64,000 nucleotides of DNA, taken from positions 79,291 to 143,290 of the forward strand of contig CAJIYI010000001.1 of assembly GCA_905181595.1 (NCBI GenBank), read 5' to 3'. The notes beneath the pieces were generated by a model. That model saw only the letters and a list, made by a program, of their open reading frames with translations, was not told where the DNA came from and did no database searches. Positions 36,735 through 45,969 of this stretch are shown here, piece after piece. This stretch comes from an uncultured SAR86 cluster bacterium (GTDB lineage Bacteria; Pseudomonadota; Gammaproteobacteria; Magnimaribacterales; D2472). The number at the start of each line of letters is the position of its first letter. The first letter of the stretch is position 1. The translations under genes were made by a program, and so were the position numbers.

Positions 36735-37592
36735 ATGAGTTTACAAGGCAAGGTCCTATTTATTACTGGTGGCAGCAGAGGCATTGGCCTAGAAATAGGA
36801 AAACGAGCTGCGCAAGATGGCGCTAAAGTAGTTTTGGCTGCTAAAACTGCAGAACCTCATCCAAAACTTGCTGGAACAATTTACTCAGCAGCAGAAGAGA
36901 TCATTGCGGCTGGGGGCGAAGCTCTTCCAATTATTTTAGATGTCAGAGATGAATCTAATGTTAGGGCTGCTGTTGATGAAACGGTTGCTACTTTTGGCGG
37001 CATTGATATTTGTGTAAATAATGCTTCTGCAATTTCTTTAACCAATACTCCTGACACGGATATGAAGCGTTATGATCTGATGCATCAAATCAATGGTCGA
37101 GGCACTTACCTCGTTAGTAAATATTGTATTCCGCATTTAAGAAAATCTAGCAATGCACATATTATGAACCTAGCGCCTCCACTTGATATGAAGCCAAAAT
37201 GGTTTGGCCCTCATTTAGCCTACACCATGGCTAAATACACCATGAGCATGTGTGTTTTGGGTATGGCTGAGGAATTAAAACAAGACAAAATTGCCGTCAA
37301 TGGCTTATGGCCAAGAACTGCGATAGCTACTGCAGCCGTTAAAAATATTTTAGGCGGAGAAGAGTTGATGAGTATCTCTAGAACCCCAGAAATCATGGCA
37401 GATGCAGCATATGAAATTTTTAATAAAAATTCTGAAACATACACTGGAAACTTTTGTATCGATGATTTGGTTTTATATGAAGAAGGCGTTCGAGACTTTA
37501 CTAAGTATGCTGATGTTCCCTTCGCTCAATTAGCGCTAGATTTTTTCCTTCCAGATGACACACCACTTCCACTGGAGATTGAAAATAGCTGA
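36735..37592 (+). CDS. short-chain dehydrogenase/reductase (HSDL2-like subgroup)
   Basis: 285-aa ORF with ITGGSRGIG, NNAS and YTMAK (Y-x3-K). AAGGAG Shine-Dalgarno lies upstream. Confidence 0.8.
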   Translation: MSLQGKVLFITGGSRGIGLEIGKRAAQDGAKVVLAAKTAEPHPKLAGTIYSAAEEIIAAGGEALPIILDVRDESNVRAAVDETVATFGGIDICVNNASAISLTNTPDTDMKRYDLMHQINGRGTYLVSKYCIPHLRKSSNAHIMNLAPPLDMKPKWFGPHLAYTMAKYTMSMCVLGMAEELKQDKIAVNGLWPRTAIATAAVKNILGGEELMSISRTPEIMADAAYEIFNKNSETYTGNFCIDDLVLYEEGVRDFTKYADVPFAQLALDFFLPDDTPLPLEIENS

Positions 37593-38553
37593 AATTTCAC
37601 AACATCAATTACTGGAATCTGCAAAAGATTTTGATTCAGGCGTTAAAGATATTCAGCCCCTTAAAATAGAGGCTAGTGGTAGAAGATATTATCGAGCTCT
37701 TGCTGCCACAAATTCATATGTGATGTGCCATGACGACTCTCCTATTAATGGACAATCAGTTTTTGTTGATAGAGCGAATAAACTTGCTCACTCTAATGTT
37801 AGAGTTCCTCAAATCCTAAGCTATGAACCTGAACATTTTTTAACGATTCAAGAGGACGTTGGAGATAATTCTCTAATTCTTAAAGAGAATTTTTATCAGG
37901 ATTCTTCTCTTGTGTTTAAAGCTTTATCACTCTTGAATGATATGCATAAAGCAGAGCTGAATGGCATAGATTCAACTTTTTCCATTGGCCTAGAATCGCA
38001 CACCAAGAAATTCTCAAAGATTCTATGTAAAGAATTTTTAAAGATAGAGATATTTGATGAATTTACAGATTTTCTTGAAGAGATGAGACCAGAATTACTG
38101 AATCAGCAATGGGGAAATTGTCATTTTGACTTTGAGCGCCGAAATATTCATGAAATGACCAATGGAGAATTAGTTTTATTGGATTTTCAAGATTTATGTT
38201 TCGGGCCGATCGGGATAGATTTGGCTGGCATTCTCTTGGATCATTACATTGACTGTGATCTTGAAATTTTAAGAAGCCATTGCAGCACTTTTGCAGAGAT
38301 CTCTTGCTATGATATTTCTGCTGATGATGTATATCACGCCACTTGCTGGGGAGGGCTGCAAAGAAATCTTAGGATTATGGGCACACTTACAAATCTATAC
38401 TTAAGGTTTAATCGCCCATTTAGGCTGAAAGATCTCCCACAAATATTAGCGAACACCATTACCTTATCCTTAGCATTGAATCAAAAACCATTGGCTGTCT
38501 TTCTTCAGGACAAGGTGGCACCAGAGCTTCATAAGAAATTGGAGTCTTTATGA
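37555..38553 (+). CDS. amgK: anomeric MurNAc/GlcNAc kinase AmgK-like phosphotransferase
   Basis: 332-aa APH-fold ORF with the catalytic loop CHFDFERRNIH and LLDFQD. It overlaps the following MurU-like gene by 4 nt, the known amgK-murU pairing. The exact start is uncertain because the ORF overlaps the preceding SDR by 38 nt. Confidence 0.7.
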   Translation: MTHHFHWRLKIAEISQHQLLESAKDFDSGVKDIQPLKIEASGRRYYRALAATNSYVMCHDDSPINGQSVFVDRANKLAHSNVRVPQILSYEPEHFLTIQEDVGDNSLILKENFYQDSSLVFKALSLLNDMHKAELNGIDSTFSIGLESHTKKFSKILCKEFLKIEIFDEFTDFLEEMRPELLNQQWGNCHFDFERRNIHEMTNGELVLLDFQDLCFGPIGIDLAGILLDHYIDCDLEILRSHCSTFAEISCYDISADDVYHATCWGGLQRNLRIMGTLTNLYLRFNRPFRLKDLPQILANTITLSLALNQKPLAVFLQDKVAPELHKKLESL

Positions 38554-39221
38554 AAGCAATGATTTTAGCTGCAGGTTTGGGCAAGCGCCTCCGTCCATTA
38601 ACCAAAGATACTCCCAAGCCACTTTTATCTGTTGGTCAATACACTCTGATTGAGCGTACGATCAATAAACTCATTGAGCACGGAGTAGATGAGTTCATTA
38701 TTAATGTCTCCTATTTATCAGAGCAGATAAAAAATAAGCTGGAGTATTTTCATCAGAACACAAACATACAATTTTTAGACGAACCTTTTCCATACGGTAC
38801 GGGAGGAGCTTTAGTTAATGCAATAAGTGTTTTGGGCGACGAGCCTTTTATTTTATGTAATGCTGATATTATTTCGGAAAGTGACTTAACGAGACTTCCC
38901 GAGTTCACTTCGTCTGCTCACCTAATAGGAATTAAAAATCCAGATCATAATCTGCAAGGAGATTTCTCTTTGGCACAAGAAACAGTGGTGATTAAAGATG
39001 AAATGAATGAATGCACTTGGTCTGGCCTATCACTTATCAATCCATCGATATTAAAAGTACATGAAGGCAATGCCTATCCTTTTGATCTATGGAACACTAT
39101 CTTAATGCCCCTGATTAATGAATCAGAGGTTACAGCACATGTTGACGATTCCTTTTGGATAGATGTGGGTACGATCGATAGACTGAAACTTGCAAGGGAA
39201 AGATTAAAAGATGAAAATTAG
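38550..39221 (+). CDS. murU: N-acetylmuramate alpha-1-phosphate uridylyltransferase MurU-like nucleotidyltransferase
   Basis: 223-aa ORF starting MKAMILAAGLGKRLRPLT, the sugar-nucleotidyltransferase G-x-G-x-R motif. Confidence 0.75.
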   Translation: MKAMILAAGLGKRLRPLTKDTPKPLLSVGQYTLIERTINKLIEHGVDEFIINVSYLSEQIKNKLEYFHQNTNIQFLDEPFPYGTGGALVNAISVLGDEPFILCNADIISESDLTRLPEFTSSAHLIGIKNPDHNLQGDFSLAQETVVIKDEMNECTWSGLSLINPSILKVHEGNAYPFDLWNTILMPLINESEVTAHVDDSFWIDVGTIDRLKLARERLKDEN

Positions 39222-39226
39222 CCATC

Positions 39227-39892
39227 ATGAACTCTAAAGCAATTATTGCCCCCTCTATACTTTCTGCAAACTTTGCTAGATTGGGGGAAGAAATTAATTC
39301 TGCAATGACAGCTGGAGCAGATTGGATCCATTTTGATGTCATGGACAATCATTATGTTCCTAACTTAACTATTGGCCCAATGGTCTGCAAGTCCCTAAGA
39401 GACGATGGAATTAAAGACTTTATTGACGTGCATTTAATGATTCAGCCCGTTAATGATCTAGCCAAAAGTTTTGCTGAAGCTGGCGCTGATTTAATCAGCT
39501 TTCACCCAGAGGCAGTTGAAAATATCAATGAAACCATAGAATTGATTAAGAGCCATGGATGCAAGGTTGGCATTGCAATCAATCCAGATACTTCTTTGTC
39601 CGTTCTTGAAGATATCATTCAAGACATAGATTTAATTTTATTAATGAGTGTGTATCCTGGATTTGGCGGCCAAAAGTTTATCGAAACCACGATTGATAAG
39701 ATTCAAGATGCAAAAAAACTTATTGAGACTCAAAGCCATCATATTTTTTTAGAAGTTGATGGCGGCATTAATCACGAAACTATTGGCAAGGTTGCTGCTG
39801 CGGGTGCAAATGTTTTTGTTGCTGGGTCGGCAATTTTTGGATCAGCAGATTATGCAGAAACTATTCAAGATTTTCGTCAAAAGATTTCTTAA
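39227..39892 (+). CDS. rpe: ribulose-phosphate 3-epimerase
   Basis: 221-aa ORF with PSILSANFARLGEE, HFDVMDNHYVPN, GFGGQKF and VDGGI blocks. Confidence 0.94.
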   Translation: MNSKAIIAPSILSANFARLGEEINSAMTAGADWIHFDVMDNHYVPNLTIGPMVCKSLRDDGIKDFIDVHLMIQPVNDLAKSFAEAGADLISFHPEAVENINETIELIKSHGCKVGIAINPDTSLSVLEDIIQDIDLILLMSVYPGFGGQKFIETTIDKIQDAKKLIETQSHHIFLEVDGGINHETIGKVAAAGANVFVAGSAIFGSADYAETIQDFRQKIS

Positions 39893-40280
39893 TCTATTCC
39901 TCATTTTAATCTTCAGTCAATCCGCTGTTGCTTTAGAGGTCTATTTTAAGAGTGCCTCAAAATCGCTTGATGTTGAGGTTGCAAATTCAGATGCCAAAAG
40001 GAGGCAAGGATTAATGCACAGACAAGACTTAGCCAAAGATCACGGAATGCTGTTTCTCTGGCCACAAAGTAATACAAGATGTATGTGGATGAAAAATACT
40101 TCCCTACCTCTGAGCGTTGCCTATCTTTCTAACGACGGAGTCATTCAAGAAATATATAATATGGTTCCTTTTTCTGAGGATTCAGTTTGCTCTGCCAATA
40201 GCACTCGAATTGCCTTGGAGGTTAATGCAGGATGGTTTAAAGAAAATGGTATTGCTGTTGGAGATAAATTAGATTTTTAG
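39852..40280 (+). CDS. DUF192 family exported protein
   Basis: The track ORF begins at 39756, deep inside rpe. The ATG at 39852 gives a signal-peptide-like start (MQKLFKIFVKRFLNLFLILIFSQSAVA). RRQGLMHRQ...HGMLFLW is the DUF192 hallmark. Confidence 0.7.
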   Translation: MQKLFKIFVKRFLNLFLILIFSQSAVALEVYFKSASKSLDVEVANSDAKRRQGLMHRQDLAKDHGMLFLWPQSNTRCMWMKNTSLPLSVAYLSNDGVIQEIYNMVPFSEDSVCSANSTRIALEVNAGWFKENGIAVGDKLDF

Positions 40281-40292
40281 TTTAGAGATTTC

Positions 40293-41759
40293 ATGATTGA
40301 TAAAAAAATTTACGCAAACTACACAGACGCAGGCTACTCTATAATTCCGCTGGTCAGAGAGGTGGAGGCTAGGGGTGATACTCCAATCTCTTTGTACTTA
40401 AAGGTAGCAAATCAGAAAAATACATTCTTGCTAGAGTCTGTAGAGGGAGGAGAGAAGTGGGCGCAATATTCTATTATTGGGTTTGACTGCATTGATTCAA
40501 TTAAAATTTCAGGAAACACCGTTGAGCAAAGTATTGGCGGAAAAAAAGAAATTTTTGATTCTGATAATCCCTTAAATAGCATCCAGGAAATTATTGACCA
40601 ACATTCTGTACCAGAGATCTCAGGGCTTCCAAGATTCTATGGAGGCTATGTTGGTTTTTTTGCCTATGAAAGTGCTCAATACGCAGAGACTAAGATTGCC
40701 AACCTACCGGGTAAGAAGTCTAAATTTGCAGAGCACATGCCTGACATACTCCTGGTGAAGGCAGAAAAATTAATAGTATTTGATAATCTCAATCAGACAA
40801 CGAAAATTATATTTAATGCTAACCCAATAAATCTAACCTACGAAGATGCACAAAATGAACTAGATGCAATGGAGCGGCTGATTAAAAAAGATATTCTTGT
40901 GCCTGAAGAAAAATTTTCTATCCCAACGAGCACCATGGAATTTAATTCCAATTTTTCTAAAGCAGAATATTTGGATGCTGTTCATCTTGCAAAGAATTAC
41001 ATCAAAGAAGGCGATGTTATGCAGGTTGTTTTAGCGCAAGATTTTTCTGCAAGCTTTACTGGAGATTCTTTTGATCTATACAGAGCTATTAGAAAGCTCA
41101 ATCCATCGCCCTACATGTATTTTTTAAATTTTGAGGAATGTATTGTAGTCGGAGCCTCTCCTGAGATCTTGGTGAGATTGGAGGATAATGAAGTCACCCT
41201 GCGACCGCTTGCGGGCACGAGAAAGAGAGGGATGACACCAGAGGAAGATGAGCGCAATGCCAAAGAGTTGCTTGCTGATCCAAAAGAGATTGCGGAGCAT
41301 TTAATGTTGATTGATTTGGGTCGAAATGATGTGGGGCGAGTTTCAAAAATTGGTTCAGTGCAAGTGACACAAAAAATGGCCATTGAGAAGTATTCTCATG
41401 TGATGCACATTGTCTCTAATGTCACAGGCAGCATTTCTAATGATTTAGATTGCATGGATGTTTTGAAGGCTACTTTGCCTGCTGGCACACTATCTGGAGC
41501 ACCTAAAATTAGAGCTATGGAAATTATCAATGAGCTTGAGCCTAGTTCTAGAGGGATATACGGCGGCGCCATTGGATATATTTCTTGGAATGGAGGCATT
41601 GATACAGCCATTGCAATTAGAACGGCTGTTATTAAAGATCAAGTGATTCATGTGGGTGCGGGTGCTGGCATTGTTGCAGATTCAATTCCTGAAAATGAAT
41701 GGCTAGAGTGCAAACAAAAAGCCAAAGTCTTTGTGGATGCAATTGAGATGATTTCATGA
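40293..41759 (+). CDS. trpE: anthranilate synthase component I
   Basis: 488-aa ORF with LLESVEGGEKWAQYS, LAGTRKRG, GAPKIRAMEII and GGAIGY blocks. Confidence 0.94.
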   Translation: MIDKKIYANYTDAGYSIIPLVREVEARGDTPISLYLKVANQKNTFLLESVEGGEKWAQYSIIGFDCIDSIKISGNTVEQSIGGKKEIFDSDNPLNSIQEIIDQHSVPEISGLPRFYGGYVGFFAYESAQYAETKIANLPGKKSKFAEHMPDILLVKAEKLIVFDNLNQTTKIIFNANPINLTYEDAQNELDAMERLIKKDILVPEEKFSIPTSTMEFNSNFSKAEYLDAVHLAKNYIKEGDVMQVVLAQDFSASFTGDSFDLYRAIRKLNPSPYMYFLNFEECIVVGASPEILVRLEDNEVTLRPLAGTRKRGMTPEEDERNAKELLADPKEIAEHLMLIDLGRNDVGRVSKIGSVQVTQKMAIEKYSHVMHIVSNVTGSISNDLDCMDVLKATLPAGTLSGAPKIRAMEIINELEPSSRGIYGGAIGYISWNGGIDTAIAIRTAVIKDQVIHVGAGAGIVADSIPENEWLECKQKAKVFVDAIEMIS

Positions 41760-42319
41760 TTTTAGTCATAGATAATTACGATTCTTTTACCTATAACCTC
41801 GTCCATTATATTGGTGCATGCGGTGAAGAGGTCGTGGTCAAAAGAAACGATGAGATTACATTGGAAGGGATTCAAAAACTTAATCCTGACAAGATTATTA
41901 TTTCTCCAGGACCCTGTACTCCTAATGAAGCAGGGATTTCAGTTGAGCTAGTTAAAAATACATCAGTGCCTTTGTTGGGCGTATGTTTAGGCCACCAATC
42001 AATCGGCTCTGCATTTGGAGCCAAAATTATCAAAGCTCCTCAGATCTTTCATGGCAAAATTTCTCAAGTAGAGCATTCTGGCGAAAGAATATTTAACGGG
42101 ATCACCAATCCATATTCAGTGGTGAGATATCACAGCCTAATTATTGATCCTCAGACCCTTCCAGATGAGCTAAAGGTTACCTGTACTGTTCAAGATGATC
42201 CAAGCATTATTATGGGCATTGAGCATATCTCTAAGCCAATTTTTGGAGTTCAATTTCATCCAGAATCAATTGAAACTGATCATGGCATGCAGCTAATTAA
42301 TAATTTTTTAACACTATGA
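41756..42319 (+). CDS. trpG: anthranilate synthase component II (glutamine amidotransferase)
   Basis: 187-aa ORF with catalytic GVCLGHQ and FHPES motifs. It overlaps trpE by 4 nt. Confidence 0.93.
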   Translation: MILVIDNYDSFTYNLVHYIGACGEEVVVKRNDEITLEGIQKLNPDKIIISPGPCTPNEAGISVELVKNTSVPLLGVCLGHQSIGSAFGAKIIKAPQIFHGKISQVEHSGERIFNGITNPYSVVRYHSLIIDPQTLPDELKVTCTVQDDPSIIMGIEHISKPIFGVQFHPESIETDHGMQLINNFLTL

Positions 42320-43329
42320 TTGAAGAAGTTATACAGCAACTTAATGCTAAAGAAGATATGGATTTTCTTGCTATGAAATCAACCCTAGAGGCCATTATGT
42401 CCGGGGAAGTAGACGATCTTTTAATTGAAGCATTTCTCATAGGTTTAAATGAGAAAGGTGTTAAGGAAATTGAGATTACTGCAGCTGCGAGTGTCATGAA
42501 AGAGAAATCTTTAACTTTCCAGATTGGTGACGGATCACACATCGATACCTGTGGCACTGGAGGCACCGGCATTCATACTTTCAATTGCTCTACTGCTTCT
42601 TCATTTGTTGCCGCAGCTGGCGGCGCATCAGTGACCAAACATGGAAATAAAGCGGTATCCAGTAAATCAGGGAGCGCAGATTTTCTCATGGCTGCAGGAG
42701 CAGATATTGGGCATGATCGAAATAAACTTGAAAGTATTTTTAACAGGGTAGGGTTTATTTTTCTGTTCGCGCCTCTCCATCACGAATCAATGAAATATGT
42801 CATGCCTGCAAGACAAAGAATAGGCAAAAAAACAATTTTTAATTTACTGGGCCCGCACACGAATCCTTGCGGGGCAAAGCGACAAATTTTAGGTGTGTAT
42901 CACAAAGATCTTTTAACAACGTTTGCTTCCGTTGCTAACAAACTATCAATGGAGCATGCCTTAATCGTCCATGGTTTTGATGGCCTGGACGAAATCAGCA
43001 TTACAGATTCAACTTACATCGCAGAACTTAAAAACAAAGAAATTACACACTATGAAATTTCTCCGAAAGATTTTGGGTTATCCCTGGCAAATATTTCTGA
43101 GATATCAGCTCAATCTGCTGATGACAGTCTCTTATTGGTGAGAGAGGCATTTGCAGGAGAGCAATCTGCCGTTCAGGACATGATAGCTTTAAATGCTGGA
43201 GCTGCTTTGTATTTAGCTGGGACCGTAAGCTCGATTGCTGATGGTGTTGAGCTTTCATTTACACTCATGAATAACGGCATGGCTGCAGATAAACTAGCCG
43301 CTTATGTAAGGATTTCAAATAACTCATGA
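42316..43329 (+). CDS. trpD: anthranilate phosphoribosyltransferase
   Basis: 337-aa ORF with DTCGTGGTG, KHGNKAVSSKSGSAD and NLLGP blocks. Confidence 0.94.
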   Translation: MIEEVIQQLNAKEDMDFLAMKSTLEAIMSGEVDDLLIEAFLIGLNEKGVKEIEITAAASVMKEKSLTFQIGDGSHIDTCGTGGTGIHTFNCSTASSFVAAAGGASVTKHGNKAVSSKSGSADFLMAAGADIGHDRNKLESIFNRVGFIFLFAPLHHESMKYVMPARQRIGKKTIFNLLGPHTNPCGAKRQILGVYHKDLLTTFASVANKLSMEHALIVHGFDGLDEISITDSTYIAELKNKEITHYEISPKDFGLSLANISEISAQSADDSLLLVREAFAGEQSAVQDMIALNAGAALYLAGTVSSIADGVELSFTLMNNGMAADKLAAYVRISNNS

Positions 43330-44072
43330 GTATTCTTGAAGAGATCGTCACAAACACAACACTGAAGCTTGCCGAAAAGAAACTGGCAACTCCGCTCGCA
43401 GAGATCAAGTCTGAGCTTGCAAGGTTGAACCTTCCCAAAGGAGCATTTAAGGCAAATCTCCTCAACAAAGATCAAGCGATTATTGCTGAGATAAAAAAAG
43501 CCTCACCAAGCGCAGGCATTATCTCAGAGGACTTTGATCCAATTCAAAAAGCAAAAGATTATGAAGCATTTGGGGCCGCAGCATTATCTATTTTGACAGA
43601 AGAAGATTTTTTCTTGGGCAGCATTGAGTATCTAAAAGAAGTTAAAGCCATCACATCACTTCCAATTCTTAGAAAGGATTTTATGGTCGATGAGTATCAA
43701 ATATACGAAGCAAAATTAATGGGAGCAGATTGCATTTTATTGATTGCCAGCATTCTTTCTGATGCTCAAATAACTGCCTTTGTTACTCTCGCTGAAGAGC
43801 TAGAGCTTGATTATCTTATTGAAGTTCATGATGAGGCTGAGCTAAGCAGGGTAGAGCATTTTAAGGATGCAATGATTGGTGTTAACAATAGAGACTTAAA
43901 AACCTTCACTGTTGATCTAGATAACTCTGTTCGACTAAAACATAAGTTTGAGCATAGTAATATTTTTATAGCAGAGTCCGGTATTAAAAATCAGGACGAT
44001 ATTGACTATCTTAAGTCACATCAAATTCATGCTTTTTTGATTGGCGAAAGCTTAATGAGGGATTCTTTTTAG
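43326..44072 (+). CDS. trpC: indole-3-glycerol-phosphate synthase
   Basis: 248-aa ORF with IAEIKKASPSAG, LRKDF, IGVNNRDL and ESGI blocks. Confidence 0.93.
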   Translation: MSILEEIVTNTTLKLAEKKLATPLAEIKSELARLNLPKGAFKANLLNKDQAIIAEIKKASPSAGIISEDFDPIQKAKDYEAFGAAALSILTEEDFFLGSIEYLKEVKAITSLPILRKDFMVDEYQIYEAKLMGADCILLIASILSDAQITAFVTLAEELELDYLIEVHDEAELSRVEHFKDAMIGVNNRDLKTFTVDLDNSVRLKHKFEHSNIFIAESGIKNQDDIDYLKSHQIHAFLIGESLMRDSF

Positions 44073-44695
44073 ATATAAGAACTTGAAGTAGTCATTACTT
44101 TCGCAGTAAAACCCATGATTTTTTTTGCGGGAGTTGGCAAAGATTCTGCTCCACTGGCTGATGCCTCTTTTGCATGCTCATCTTCATCGGCTCTCATTGT
44201 TTTTAAAATATCGATGGTCTCTTGATCATTTTTTGAGATTTGATCTAAATGTTTTTCTAGATGCTTAACAACCTGTTTCTCAGTTTCCTCAACAAAGCCC
44301 AAGCTTGTTTTTTCTCCCAAACTCCCAAAAATTGCCCCTATTGTGAATGAACCTGCATACCAGATAGGATTAAAGATAGAAGGTTTCCCATTGAGATCTT
44401 TTAAGCGTTTTTTACACCAAATCAAATGATCTGTTTCTTCTTCTCCGGCCTGAATTAAGTGTTCTTTGATTTCTGGATCTCTGCAGACCATTGCTTGGCC
44501 CCTATAAAGAGCTTGAGCTGCTACTTCTCCAGCTAGATTTACACGCATGAGCTGAGCAGATAGATTCTTCTCTTTCTTTGAGAGACTTTCAGTGCCTTTT
44601 TCACCAGGATAAGATCTTCCCGTACCACTTTTTTTATACGACAGCGTTTTTAATGCGATGTCACATTCGTTAATAAAATTATCAATTAGACTCAT
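44069..44695 (-). CDS. coq7: demethoxyubiquinone hydroxylase, Coq7-type di-iron carboxylate protein
   Basis: 208-aa ORF with LMRVNLAGEVAAQALYRGQ and duplicated E-x-x-H di-iron motifs (EEETDHL, DEDEHA). Confidence 0.88.
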   Translation of the reverse strand: MSLIDNFINECDIALKTLSYKKSGTGRSYPGEKGTESLSKKEKNLSAQLMRVNLAGEVAAQALYRGQAMVCRDPEIKEHLIQAGEEETDHLIWCKKRLKDLNGKPSIFNPIWYAGSFTIGAIFGSLGEKTSLGFVEETEKQVVKHLEKHLDQISKNDQETIDILKTMRADEDEHAKEASASGAESLPTPAKKIMGFTAKVMTTSSSYI

Positions 44696-45961
44696 TTAAT
44701 TCCCTTATACCCAATGTCTGTTCTGCAAAAAGCACCGTTAAATGATACGGAGTGTACCAAAGTATATGCCGCAGTTTGAGCTTCTTTTAAATTTGCTCCC
44801 AAGAGCAGTCGCACAAAATACTCTACCACCTGAAGTCATAACTTTATTATTTTCTAGAGTTGTGCCCGCATGAAATAATTTCATCGTGTCTGAATGTAAC
44901 TCTTGAAACTCAACTTCTTGGTTGGATAAATATTTTTCAGGGTAACCTTCGGAGGCTATGACTACTCCACATGAATGCCTCTTATCCCATTCAGACTCAT
45001 AAAGTTCTAACTTATCGTCAATGGCATACAAGCAAAGCTGGACGAGACTAGATTTTAATCTAAGCAGAATTGGCTGAGTTTCTGGATCGCCAAACCTGCA
45101 ATTAAACTCAAGAACTTTTAGCTCCCCGTTATGAATCATTACTCCTGCATAAAGAAAACCTAGATAAGGCGAACCCTCATTGATCAAACCCTTCATGGTT
45201 GGTTCCATGACCTCATCAAGAATCTTTTGATGCATGCGTGCGTCAACAATTGGAGCGGGAGAGTAGGCTCCCATTCCACCAGTATTTAGGCCAACATCAC
45301 CTTCGCCAACAGCTTTATGATCTTGACTTGTTGCAAGCGGGACAATTTTATCTTTGCTCACAACGGCAATAAAACTTGCCTCTTCTCCTTGCAGAAAATC
45401 CTCAATCACCACTCGATTGCCCGCTTCTCCAAATGCCTGATCTTGAAAGATATTTTTTAGAGCCTCGGAGGCTTCATCTTTATTGCCGCAAATAATGACG
45501 CCTTTGCCTGCAGCCAGTCCGTCTGCCTTAACCACTGTTGGGTAATCAACAACTTCAAGATGTGCTTTTGCTGTTTCAAAGTCATCAAAGGAAGAGTAAC
45601 CAGCGGTGGGTATTCCGTATTTTATAAAAAAATCTTTAGAGAAGGTTTTTGAACCCTCAAGTTGTGCAGCGGCCTGAGATGGCCCGAAAGTTTTAATTCC
45701 TTTGCTTTGCAAAAAATCTGATAACCCATCTACCAATGGCTTTTCTGGACCAATGATTACCAAACCAATATTTTTAAGGACACAGAAATTTTCTATTGCA
45801 GCAAAATCATTGATGTCTATCTCAATATTTTGTACTTTTTCTTCTAGGGCAGTTCCTGCATTGCCGGGAGATACATATACATTTTCTACGTCGTTATCTT
45901 GAGCTGCTTTCCATGCCAATGCATGTTCTCTTCCACCCGATCCAATTACAAGAACTTGCAT
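44692..45961 (-). pseudogene. purD: phosphoribosylamine-glycine ligase, 3' end shifted by one surplus base in an A3 run near 44792-44794 (artefact not excluded)
   Basis: The track ORF 44738..45961 ends ...ALGSKFKRSSNCGIYFGTLRII. Skipping one A restores NLKEAQTAAYTLVHSVSFNGAFCRTDIGYKGIK, a typical PurD C-terminus. Its TGA then overlaps the coq7 ATG (ATGA at 44695-44692). The span is 1270 nt, which is 3n+1. Confidence 0.88.
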
Positions 45962-45969
45962 AACAATAG

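Noticed and set aside
40281-40292. A leader peptide or attenuator in front of trpE.
   Set aside because: Only 12 nt separate the DUF192 stop from the trpE ATG, so there is no room for a leader ORF or terminator/antiterminator structures.
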